Source of the DNA: a virus
DNA: 64,000 nt
Virus record (IMG/VR): IMGVR_UViG_3300017963_000257
Coordinates: 9,681-73,680 of that record
Reading direction: 5' to 3' (one strand)
Below, one piece after another: positions 48,365 to 56,719 of this stretch. The notes under the pieces are model-generated. The model did no database searches. It was given only the letters and a program-made list of their open reading frames with translations, and had not been told where the DNA came from. Made by a program: the position numbers and the translations under genes. Position 1 is the stretch's first letter. Every line of letters starts with the position of its first letter.

Positions 48365-48720
48365 ATGCCTGGAAAGATTGTATGGATCGATACGGAAACA
48401 GGGGGGACAGATCCTAAAAAGCATGCTCTCCTTCAAACGGCTGTTGAGATTTTTATCGACGGGGATCTGAAGGAAATACGTAGACCGGTATGATCCCTTG
48501 GATAAGTTCGTGTTCGCAGGATACAATGCCAGGTTCGACATGGACTTTGTGAGGGCTCTCTTTGAGAAAAGCGGGGATTCGTACTTTGGAAGCTGGTTTT
48601 ACTCGGCTCCTTTGGATGTGATGTCCTTCGTTGCTGAAGCGGTTCATAGCTTCCAGCCACGATGCTATGGAGGATATCCGTGCCACAAGGAAGTTGTACG
48701 GAAAACTGAAAGTTTTATGA
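48365..48720 (+). pseudogene. DEDDh 3'-5' exonuclease, frameshifted by two apparent internal deletions
   Basis: WIDTETGG (ExoI), AGYNARFDMDF (ExoII) and HDAMEDI (ExoIII) are separated by two frame changes; total length is only ~118 codons. Confidence 0.75.
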
Positions 48721-48734
48721 GGAAGGGGGTGCGG

Positions 48735-49199
48735 ATGTCACGATACGCTGAGAAAACATCTGTCTCGGTTGAAAAATCCAAGGCTGAAATTGACAAAATA
48801 CTTCAGCGGTACGGTGCCAGCCAATTTATTTCAGGATGGGATCAGGAAATGGCTTACATCGGTTTTTATATGGCCGATAGGATGGTCAAGTTCGTTCTAC
48901 CTCTACCTCCGAAGGATTCCGATGAATTCATACGCACGCCCGGGAGAAGGACTAAGCGAACTCACGAGAAGGCCTTGGCCGCATGGGAACAGGCCTGCAG
49001 GCAGAGATGGAGGGCCTTGTCATTGGTCATTAAGGCGAAACTGGAGGCGGTTGAAACCGGGATTACCAGTTTTGAAGACGAATTCCTCGCGCATATTATG
49101 TTGCCGGATGGACGGACAGCGGGTGAGTTTCTAAAACCCCAGCTGGATGTGGCATACCAACAGAAGAAAATGCCGAAACTTTTACCATGGGGGAATTAA
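48735..49199 (+). CDS. Conserved phage hypothetical protein
   Basis: MSRYAEKTSVSVEKSKAEI...IKAKLEAVE.GI..FEDEFLAHI; SD before ATG 48735. Confidence 0.7.
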   Translation: MSRYAEKTSVSVEKSKAEIDKILQRYGASQFISGWDQEMAYIGFYMADRMVKFVLPLPPKDSDEFIRTPGRRTKRTHEKALAAWEQACRQRWRALSLVIKAKLEAVETGITSFEDEFLAHIMLPDGRTAGEFLKPQLDVAYQQKKMPKLLPWGN

Positions 49200-49204
49200 A
49201 AAAT

Positions 49205-49291
49205 ATGGATTGGCCAACTGCATTTGCTATCGTTGGGGGAGCATGGGCCATTGCGTTTGTGCTGTGGGTGATAATAAAATATGAGAAATAG
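49205..49291 (+). CDS. 28-aa single-TM peptide
   Basis: MDWPTAFAIVGGAWAIAFVLWVIIKYEK. Confidence 0.35.
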   Translation: MDWPTAFAIVGGAWAIAFVLWVIIKYEK

Positions 49292-49296
49292 CGAAC

Positions 49297-49881
49297 ATGA
49301 TCCTGTCCCTTGACATCGCCTTCAACAACATCGGTTGGTCGATTTTCCATGATAAGCAAGTGGTGGACCTGGGGGTGATAAGCGCTCCGAAGTCGGGCCG
49401 GAAGATCGTATCGGTCGCGGATGAACGCGCTGATCGGTGTGCGGCCATGACCGGTATGCTGATGGACTTAATTTTTCAGTATAAAGTTCCGGCGATCATC
49501 GGGGAGCTTTCGGCGGCATCCCAGAACGCAGCGGCTGCGAACATGCTGGGCTGGGCCAATGGGCTCGTGGTTGCCACATGCAGGATCTTGGAATTGCCGG
49601 CCGAATGGGTAACTCAACATCAGGTGAAGATTGCAACGGTAGGCAGGAAGAACGCAACGAAAGATGAGATTATGGATCGAGTGGCAGGTTATTATGGATG
49701 GGAACGGACGGAAAAGGCCGTCAATATAACGAAGGGAAAGAGGACAGGAAAAACAACGATGAAAGTAACTTATCACGTTTTAGGGAGGAAATACCCGAAG
49801 GGCACCTTTGAGGACATTGCGGATTCAATAGGTGTTTATTGGGCGTCGAAGGATAGGAATTTGGTAAGACTTTATGGTTAG
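49297..49881 (+). CDS. RuvC-like Holliday junction resolvase
   Basis: ILSLDIAFNNIGWS, IIGE, VKIATVG..NATKDEI, DIADSIG. Confidence 0.8.
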   Translation: MILSLDIAFNNIGWSIFHDKQVVDLGVISAPKSGRKIVSVADERADRCAAMTGMLMDLIFQYKVPAIIGELSAASQNAAAANMLGWANGLVVATCRILELPAEWVTQHQVKIATVGRKNATKDEIMDRVAGYYGWERTEKAVNITKGKRTGKTTMKVTYHVLGRKYPKGTFEDIADSIGVYWASKDRNLVRLYG

Positions 49882-50059
49882 GAGAATACATGGAAAGAAA
49901 AACTTTTTGTCCAAACGATGGATTCGGAGTTAGCGTGGATGAAGCCAGCTATTGATGACTTAGGCATTAAATGCGAATGCCCTGGTTGCCATAGGCTAAT
50001 TTCAATAACCGCATGCCCAATTTGTGGGCAAAAAATAACCCCGCGGAAAGGAGACAAGG

Positions 50060-50749
50060 ATGGTAAGTAGCATCGCAGGAGATTTTTATCGGTTGGAAAT
50101 TCGTTTTGCTGAAGACTTTTTGGGGACGGTCCCAAAGAGCAAGGAGGTCTATAAGAAATACATTGCCAGCAAGAAGCCGGACCTCACCGACGATGAGCTT
50201 GATGAAGAAGTGAACAGCGTTCAGGACACAGAAGAAAAGGGGTGGACAGGGTTTCACAAGGATGATAATGGCCTGTTTATCTTTGATTACATGCTAAAGG
50301 GATTCATTAAGGCATCCTTCGAAGTATGCCAGGAGATTGGCGCCATCGATAAGGTGAAGGCATACAGGAAATGGATCGACGAGCTGATCTTCATATGGCC
50401 GCGGAAAATCTATTGTGGGCAGTCTGATCCCGATAGCACCCTTGAGAGACCGTTGAGGGTTATGACAATGCAGGGACCTCGGGTTACGTTAAGCCGTTCA
50501 GACACGATGGCCGAGGGGACCCGACTCAGGTTTCTCGTTGAGGTGTTGGGGAAAAAGATCAAGTGGGAATCGATTGAGCAGGTGTTCGACTATGGTAGGT
50601 ATGTGGGGCTGGGACAATGGCGTGGGAGTGGTGGATTTGGTCGGTTCGAGCTTGAGGATGTAACCCCAATAAACAAAGAATTGGGCATCAAAGCCAAAGC
50701 GATGGCAAAGCAAAGCGACGAACAGTTTTGGCAGTGTTTGGAGCAGTGA
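50060..50749 (+). CDS. Solo Cas7-like RAMP protein
   Basis: beta1 LEIRFAEDFLG; LFIFDYMLKGFIK (RAMP alpha1-like); thumb-like RPLRVMTMQGPRVTLSRSD; GTRLRFLVEV; G-rich loop YVGLGQWRGSGGFGRF. Confidence 0.7.
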   Translation: MVSSIAGDFYRLEIRFAEDFLGTVPKSKEVYKKYIASKKPDLTDDELDEEVNSVQDTEEKGWTGFHKDDNGLFIFDYMLKGFIKASFEVCQEIGAIDKVKAYRKWIDELIFIWPRKIYCGQSDPDSTLERPLRVMTMQGPRVTLSRSDTMAEGTRLRFLVEVLGKKIKWESIEQVFDYGRYVGLGQWRGSGGFGRFELEDVTPINKELGIKAKAMAKQSDEQFWQCLEQ

Positions 50750-51121
50750 TGGCAGTGTTTAGCGCCGTTCTGTGGTGGTATTGTTAAGCACAGTGAAGTA
50801 GCGGCATGGTTTGGCAGGTCCCGGCATGGGCACAGTGTAGCATGGTAAGGTTTCGGCAGGGTAGAACCTCGTACCGCGTCGGCAATGTTCCGTGAGGTGG
50901 CGTGATGGTGTGGTGAAGCGCGATAGAGTAACGTGGCGGCATAGTCTCGTTAAGTGCAGTGTCGGCAAAGCAAAGCGGGGTAGCCAAGAGCAATGGTAAA
51001 GCACGCTTATCGCATGGTGAGGTATTGTATCGGCATGGCACAGCATGGTAGGGTCGGTAATGGTAGAGTAAGGCACCGTGTCGTGATGCAGCGGCGCAGC
51101 TCAGCGGAGTTGAGCGGAGGC
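50701..51121 (+). ncRNA. Periodic NNNGY/NNYGGY repeat array, candidate guide RNA(s) for the adjacent Cas7-like protein
   Basis: Hand parse gives 81 consecutive 4-6-nt units, 73 ending in GY; hexamers recur mostly every 26 nt. The RNA function is inferred. Confidence 0.65.
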
Positions 51122-52036
51122 AGCTTCCCAGGCTTTATACACCCTATCCCTGATCATCTTGGGGGTCGGGTGGAGATACCGTTCGCGGATTGTCTCCACC
51201 TTGTCCCCCAAGAGAAAGGCGATGTCCTCAATCCTCATGTTTCCAGTGTAGAACAGGTAGGTGGCCGTGTAATGGCGAAACGTATGAGGTCCTCTACCAT
51301 CCTTCCCGTTCTTCAGGCCCAGGTCTTGCAACATCCGTGTGATTTCAGATTTGATCTTGTCGACATTTGGGAAAAGACAGCTTGTTTTATTGTTAATCAC
51401 ACAATGTGTCTTTTTGTATTCCGCATTTGCCAAAAGTTCGGCCAACAAAACAGCTGTTTTCCTTGAGAAAACAACAGGCCGGGGCTCAGTCTTCCCCTGG
51501 ATGAAAACACACATTTCGTAAAGGTGAATATCTTCCATCCTGATCCCCGCTATCTCTCCAACCCTGGCGCCGGTTTCTACCAGTAGGCGCACGACCACTT
51601 GAAATTCTAGGGCGCGAGTGCTTGCAGTCAGGACATTCCCATTGTTAAACCGATATGCAAGACATTTCTCAATGTCTTCCTCTGTGAACCAGCGGTCCAG
51701 ATGCTTCCTTTTGTTTTCCTGCCGGTCTTTGTTGGGAATCCGGTAGGTGAACTCCGTTGGATACCCCGCCCACTTCAGGAAAATCTTGGTGCAGTTTAAA
51801 TACTGCTGTACGGATTTTCCAGACAGACCTTTGGATTCAAGATATGTTGCGAAGTCGCCAAGGTTGCTTGATACAACCTCAAATTTCTCATGACATATGG
51901 CGGCTGGACAGCCCAGCGCCGGAGATTCTTTCATGAAATTCTCAAGGTGTCCAAGCACATACCCATATAGTTCCCGCGTAGACTTCGCAAGGCCTTTGAC
52001 TTCAGGTGATTCAAGGTATTTCTGAATTATGTTCAT
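51101..52036 (-). CDS. Second tyrosine recombinase (XerC/D-like)
   Basis: SAM-like N-domain; TGARVGE, GK, HTFRH, LLGD (H to D), RY. Confidence 0.85.
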   Translation of the reverse strand: MNIIQKYLESPEVKGLAKSTRELYGYVLGHLENFMKESPALGCPAAICHEKFEVVSSNLGDFATYLESKGLSGKSVQQYLNCTKIFLKWAGYPTEFTYRIPNKDRQENKRKHLDRWFTEEDIEKCLAYRFNNGNVLTASTRALEFQVVVRLLVETGARVGEIAGIRMEDIHLYEMCVFIQGKTEPRPVVFSRKTAVLLAELLANAEYKKTHCVINNKTSCLFPNVDKIKSEITRMLQDLGLKNGKDGRGPHTFRHYTATYLFYTGNMRIEDIAFLLGDKVETIRERYLHPTPKMIRDRVYKAWEAASAQLR

Positions 52037-52848
52037 GGAACTCTCCTTTTCAATTCCTCGATCTGTTTCTGCTGGGCCTGTATGGCGCCGATCGCCATAG
52101 TCAATAACTCGTAGATATCCACACGCTTTCCGTCATTGGATAGCACCCACGTTGGCATATCCTCTGCGAGAAAACCCAGCCTCGTGGTACCGTCGCCACC
52201 AAATTCTTCTTTGTATTGATACAGGGAAGGAATCATCTTCATGATCATTTCCAACATGACAGGGTTGGCGGATTCATCCAGTTTCTGAATATTCTTTTTG
52301 TACTCGCTCGAAGAAGCGTTTACGAAACTGGTTGCGCCTACCTTCCCGTTGACGTGGAGCTTGTAGTCTGGAAAGCTCTCGCCTATACCGACATTGCCTT
52401 GGGTGTCAATTCTGAGGTATTCAGTCCCGGGGAGATATCCACCCATGAGGTAAGAAATTGAGAAGTCGTACAGCCCATATGGCTGACCCACAAGCCATGC
52501 CTCAGTGCCTTGTTTAATCAGAAGTCGAGCGCCGTTGATATTCGAGATATTGGTGAATGATGCCATAATGCCGTCTATGGAATCCGGCTTTTCGACCTCT
52601 AAGTTGTTAACCGGGTTTTCAATGGTGCCCATAGGCCCCTGCGGTCCTTCCGGCCCTTCCTCCCCCTGCTCACCTTGTGGCCCCTCTGGCCCTTGGGGGC
52701 CTATCAACGTAGCCGTTGTCTGTGTCGTACCATCTGGGAACTCTATCCCCTGCGGCGTGAGCTTGGTGCTGCCGGCGAAAGCGGTTCCGTGTAACAGTAC
52801 GATCCATACCACAAAAAATAATTGGAAAAGATGGTTTTTCATGGTCAA
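52033..52848 (-). CDS. Signal-peptide protein with collagen repeat, fibre repeat and S74-type chaperone
   Basis: ...LLHGTAFA; (GPQ/GPE/GEQ)n; GNVGIG; SS.EYKKNI, LGFLAEDM, AIQAQQKQIEEL. Confidence 0.75.
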   Translation of the reverse strand: MTMKNHLFQLFFVVWIVLLHGTAFAGSTKLTPQGIEFPDGTTQTTATLIGPQGPEGPQGEQGEEGPEGPQGPMGTIENPVNNLEVEKPDSIDGIMASFTNISNINGARLLIKQGTEAWLVGQPYGLYDFSISYLMGGYLPGTEYLRIDTQGNVGIGESFPDYKLHVNGKVGATSFVNASSSEYKKNIQKLDESANPVMLEMIMKMIPSLYQYKEEFGGDGTTRLGFLAEDMPTWVLSNDGKRVDIYELLTMAIGAIQAQQKQIEELKRRVP

Positions 52849-52854
52849 TCTCCT

Positions 52855-53127
52855 TTAAACAACTTCAAACAAGTGGAATATAAGGGTTTCATCCCTCATC
52901 TGAAAACTTCCGATGTATTCGAGTTTACTCGTAAAGCTTTCGATAATCGGATGGCCCGTTCCAGCTAATCTAAAAGCCCTCTTTTCAGGTGGCTCGATAT
53001 CATCCACCAGACACCACAATTGAGGGTTCCCGCGCTGTGTTTGCACGGTCAGACTTTTAGCACCCTTCGGAAGTTCAAGATAAAACTTGTCTATAATCGG
53101 AAAATCATACTTAAATACCCTAATCAT
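52855..53127 (-). CDS. Conserved phage hypothetical protein
   Basis: VFKY...LPKGA..LTVQ.Q...LW..VD...GTGH...YIGSFQ...FHLFE. Confidence 0.7.
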   Translation of the reverse strand: MIRVFKYDFPIIDKFYLELPKGAKSLTVQTQRGNPQLWCLVDDIEPPEKRAFRLAGTGHPIIESFTSKLEYIGSFQMRDETLIFHLFEVV

Positions 53128-53156
53128 ATCCTTCTCCTTTTCATGATTTTTTGTGG

Positions 53157-53297
53157 TTATATTCCCGGTGATCCTGGCTCTGGCATATGGGGTCCGGGCG
53201 GTTCAGGGTTTGGTGGACTTGGACTCGGTGGACTTGGGTCCGGCGCACTCACCACAACCATCAGGAATGTTGCCAGAATAATTAAAAGTTTTTTCAT
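53157..53297 (-). CDS. 46-aa exported Pro-rich peptide
   Basis: MKKLLIILATFLMVVVSA-PDPSPPSPSPPNPEPPGPHMPEPGSPGI; SD AAGGAGG. Confidence 0.55.
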   Translation of the reverse strand: MKKLLIILATFLMVVVSAPDPSPPSPSPPNPEPPGPHMPEPGSPGI

Positions 53298-53326
53298 AGT
53301 AGTAGCCTCCTTATGGCTGGGGGGTG

Positions 53327-53545
53327 TTAAATTCTGCGAACCCTCCCGTTTTTGATTCGGACCCTAAAAACAGATGTTTCATAACTAATGTTTCCAGCAG
53401 CATCGCTGTATGTTGTGTGATCGAGTTTCATGTCGGTTCTATGCGGCTGAATGAGGGCCGTCCCATCGGCCTGAGTTGATGCTACATATACTCCATCGGG
53501 TAGCGTCACCTCTCCTAAAAAATTTTTATGTCCTCGGTATTTCAT
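53327..53545 (-). CDS. Hypothetical protein
   Basis: SD AAGGAGG. Confidence 0.5.
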   Translation of the reverse strand: MKYRGHKNFLGEVTLPDGVYVASTQADGTALIQPHRTDMKLDHTTYSDAAGNISYETSVFRVRIKNGRVRRI

Positions 53546-53559
53546 TTTATCTCCTCCTT

Positions 53560-54009
53560 TCAGTGGAGAACGTTTTTTCTCCCCACATTTTTCGGTACAT
53601 GCTGGTCATACAATATCTTCTGCCTTTTCCTCTCGCCCATCCCCGGGAACAGGCATTGCGGATCTATCCCGAAAGCAACGAGCAGGTTTGCCACTTTCAG
53701 TTGACACTCCAGACATAGTCGTGTGGAATCCGGATAATCGAACGGTACCTCATTCCCGTCGATATCAGCATCGCAGAAGTAGCAGCCCTTCGGCTGGGCG
53801 TTCCGGTACATCCGGTCGATCACTTCGAAGAACGGCGCCTCATCGTACCCGACCTCACCCTCCAGGCCCCGATGAACCTCCCTGACGAAAAGATCCGTGG
53901 CGTACTTTGCTATGGCATCCCGCTCTTCCTTCGTCAGCTTGGCCATGGCATTTACAGCAATCGTGACGTATGCCGGGGTGAGTTCAACGACCTTTGATTT
54001 TTGTCCCAT
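53560..54009 (-). CDS. Hypothetical protein with CxxC pairs
   Basis: CYFC...CLEC. Confidence 0.55.
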   Translation of the reverse strand: MGQKSKVVELTPAYVTIAVNAMAKLTKEERDAIAKYATDLFVREVHRGLEGEVGYDEAPFFEVIDRMYRNAQPKGCYFCDADIDGNEVPFDYPDSTRLCLECQLKVANLLVAFGIDPQCLFPGMGERKRQKILYDQHVPKNVGRKNVLH

Positions 54010-54026
54010 AGGATGACCTTCCTTTC

Positions 54027-54464
54027 TCATAATCCTAACATATCTAAAGTGTCTGGATTCGCAATCTTGGGGTTTTTGAAATTGAGCAGGTGGTTAAATT
54101 CATGGCCGAGGATGGCTTGATTCACAACAATCTTGCCACCCACCCGTTTTCCAAAAATGTGTATCTCATTGTTGGTGTTGGCATAGCCAGCAATAGGGGA
54201 ACCGTAAGCTGCGGCCTTCTCCCAGTTAAAGTGCTTTCGGTCTCCAACGATAAAGACCTTAACCTTCTCCAACTCGACAACCTCATATACGTCAGGCGTA
54301 GTCTCGATGGAGGCGAACCCCTGCTGCATAAAATCGAACCCAATCCTTCGATAATCGGTTACATGAGAACCACACCCTGACAGAACGATAATGAGGATTG
54401 CCAACGGTATCGATGTTGCCATTATCAGGATGGGTTTCAGGATGTTAAGAGTTTTGGCTTTCAT
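54027..54464 (-). CDS. Lipoprotein with HExxH motif
   Basis: Lipobox LSGC; LGHEFNH. Confidence 0.65.
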   Translation of the reverse strand: MKAKTLNILKPILIMATSIPLAILIIVLSGCGSHVTDYRRIGFDFMQQGFASIETTPDVYEVVELEKVKVFIVGDRKHFNWEKAAAYGSPIAGYANTNNEIHIFGKRVGGKIVVNQAILGHEFNHLLNFKNPKIANPDTLDMLGL

Positions 54465-54519
54465 ATTATCCTCCTACTTTATAAACGATAAAGTTACTAA
54501 AATTATGCAAATAATCTTA

Positions 54520-55437
54520 TCACAAATTTCTTTTTTTAACCACCCTTCTTGGCACATCTCCCATAATGGGCTCAAAGAGTTGGTTCATATCAATTTCGTG
54601 TTCCGGGAACGTGATTACGGGCTCATCGCTGGCCAGGGCCTCCGCTATCAGCTGGCACTCATTTTCCCTGTTGAAGTGAAAATCGACACGGCCATTCTTG
54701 AAGAATACGGCTTTCTCTATTGGACCGGACCATACTTCGATCGTTTGAGGAAGATTCTTTTGATCGTATTGAAGATTCCAAATCGAATTTCCAATCGGTG
54801 TCCGCCCCCGCAGTTGTGTCGGAGGAACACGATGAAACATATCCTGGTTATCCAGAATCAGGCAGACGAATTTCTCGAACTGCATAACCCTACTGGCAGA
54901 ATCGTGTGACAGCCTGACGGTTTTTGGAACATGCTGCCCATTGTATCCTGTAAACGCTTTAGTAACGTCGGGATAGCACTCCCCGCGCAGAACGTTTTTC
55001 TTAACATCTATGACGTATCGCTTCTTAAGGTTTCCCCAATTGTAAGGCAAAATCTCTAAGGCACCCTTTCGAATGGTATCATATGCAACCCTTTCGGGAT
55101 TGTTCGGAAGGATCTTCTCGTTGATACGATCAATGAATTTTACAGCATCAAACTCCTGTTCTGGGAACCACTCCTCATACTTTCCAATCTTTTTGTGTAC
55201 TGGCACATTCCGGCAGAAACATTCTTGGTAACGCTGGATCAGAAAGCGGGAGAGGTTTGTTTTCACGTCGCCAACAATTCTGTCGATGTCACCATTCACA
55301 TCAAACGGATTCTCCCAACTTTCACATTCGACATGATCAGCGAACTGGGTTTTCAGGCTGTTTATTGTTGAAGCCATTTGCCTGACTTGCTGGTACATAT
55401 AGTTGAGTTTTTCGAGGGATAATTTTTCGGTTGACAT
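54520..55437 (-). CDS. Hypothetical protein
   Basis: 305-aa ORF in leftward operon; FFKNGRVDFHF. Confidence 0.6.
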   Translation of the reverse strand: MSTEKLSLEKLNYMYQQVRQMASTINSLKTQFADHVECESWENPFDVNGDIDRIVGDVKTNLSRFLIQRYQECFCRNVPVHKKIGKYEEWFPEQEFDAVKFIDRINEKILPNNPERVAYDTIRKGALEILPYNWGNLKKRYVIDVKKNVLRGECYPDVTKAFTGYNGQHVPKTVRLSHDSASRVMQFEKFVCLILDNQDMFHRVPPTQLRGRTPIGNSIWNLQYDQKNLPQTIEVWSGPIEKAVFFKNGRVDFHFNRENECQLIAEALASDEPVITFPEHEIDMNQLFEPIMGDVPRRVVKKRNL

Positions 55438-55445
55438 TGCGCCCC

Positions 55446-55781
55446 CTATCCTTGTTCAAACGTCCAGATTAAATCACTTTCTCTTTCTGGCAAACATTCC
55501 CATAGATGCATTGTGTATGGGTGCCTATTGACGTAGTGCTGAGATGGTGGTAAAGCCAGAACGAAGTGCTTGCCGAGTGGCAAGAATTGCTCTCTGGCAT
55601 GTTTAATTTCATCCCATGTCGGGATTCTGTCTGCGGTAGAAATACTCATGTGCCGCCTGCCATGATCGACTGACAAAAGGATCTGCATGCCATCATCGTT
55701 TACATACCCCCGAAGATTTTCCGACTCCGGTGGCATGAATCGTTTAAGGCCCTCTACGTTTATAGAATGATAACCTGACAT
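55446..55781 (-). CDS. Conserved phage hypothetical protein
   Basis: HMSIS..DRIPTWDEIK...LPP..HYVN.HPYTMHLW. Confidence 0.65.
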   Translation of the reverse strand: MSGYHSINVEGLKRFMPPESENLRGYVNDDGMQILLSVDHGRRHMSISTADRIPTWDEIKHAREQFLPLGKHFVLALPPSQHYVNRHPYTMHLWECLPERESDLIWTFEQG

Positions 55782-55794
55782 TGCTTGTCTCCTC

Positions 55795-56706
55795 TCAAAA
55801 CAATTTAAGTTGCCCATGCTTCCCAACTACAGGACCGGGATCAGGCTCGGTGATCGGATCCAAGAGCGAGTCTCCATGACTTACCCCTTCAGCCTTCTTC
55901 AGCCAGGGCGCCGGGCGGATCAGCCAGGGCATGTAGAGATACCCGTTCACCTTGCACGCCATAACGCAGGTGCGGTCAATATCCACTCCATACAGGTTGA
56001 CGGAGTAATTGCTGGCATGCATGAGCATCCGTCCGGTCCCCACGCATGGATCGCATACGGAAAACTCTCTCTGGTCCCGGTCACCATTATCAGCCTTCTC
56101 TGTAGGCCCTTCCATGGTCATTCTGACCATCGCTTCCACGATATTATGGGGGGTTGGGAAGAAGCCGGATCTCCGGTTGCTATCCGGGCTTCGTTCCTCC
56201 GCGTAAATATCTCCAAAATAATCTTGTGGAAACTTTATCATCAAGCCCAGGTTGAACGTCCTGTACCAGTGCTCGTTGAGGACCTCATTAACTCGGGAGG
56301 GCCTTTCCTCCTGGTCCCTATCCCCAAAGCCCCATAGGATCCATTCGAGAAGATCAGCCAGTCGGGCGCTCACCGTGTATGCGCGGTAATGATCAAGACA
56401 TTTTGAGAGCATCTTCTTGTTATCGCCTGCTGTGTTACACCCTTCTCCTATGAAAGAAATCTGCGGGATAGGCTCATCCAGGAGTTTCCCGGCTTCCAAA
56501 GTCCTTGCCCAGTACTCCCAGCGGCCCCAGAACATGGTTTCAATATCGAAGAGGAAGGGGATCAACCATCCCCTGCAGGTCCTTTCCTCGAACGTGTAAT
56601 CATCCCAGGTTTTTTCGCCCGACTGTACGGCTATGCGCTGGGCCATCCATTCGGGGACGATAGGTTCTTCTTCAGGTTCGGGAATCGGTTTCAGTTTGGC
56701 TACCAT
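55795..56706 (-). CDS. N6-adenine methyltransferase-like protein lacking motif IV
   Basis: FFPTPHNIV (motif X), DPCVGTGRML (I), GVDID (II), GDSL (III); ORF ends with no NPPF/Y. Confidence 0.7.
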   Translation of the reverse strand: MVAKLKPIPEPEEEPIVPEWMAQRIAVQSGEKTWDDYTFEERTCRGWLIPFLFDIETMFWGRWEYWARTLEAGKLLDEPIPQISFIGEGCNTAGDNKKMLSKCLDHYRAYTVSARLADLLEWILWGFGDRDQEERPSRVNEVLNEHWYRTFNLGLMIKFPQDYFGDIYAEERSPDSNRRSGFFPTPHNIVEAMVRMTMEGPTEKADNGDRDQREFSVCDPCVGTGRMLMHASNYSVNLYGVDIDRTCVMACKVNGYLYMPWLIRPAPWLKKAEGVSHGDSLLDPITEPDPGPVVGKHGQLKLF

Positions 56707-56719
56707 CTGTTATCCTCCA

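Noticed and set aside
48498-49199. 233-aa ORF as a single gene
   Set aside because: Its N-terminal part is the middle of the broken DEDDh gene; the real gene starts at ATG 48735 with its own SD.
50701-51121. Classical CRISPR array next to the Cas7-like gene
   Set aside because: There are no identical 25-45-nt repeats separated by unique spacers; conservation is only at 5-nt-phased GY positions.
50759-51466. Listed ORFs across the array (50759..51076 -, 50784..51041 -, 50993..51466 +)
   Set aside because: They have low-complexity His/Arg/Cys/Thr composition, no SD, and a 5-nt period incompatible with codon structure; they are likely by-products of the repeat.
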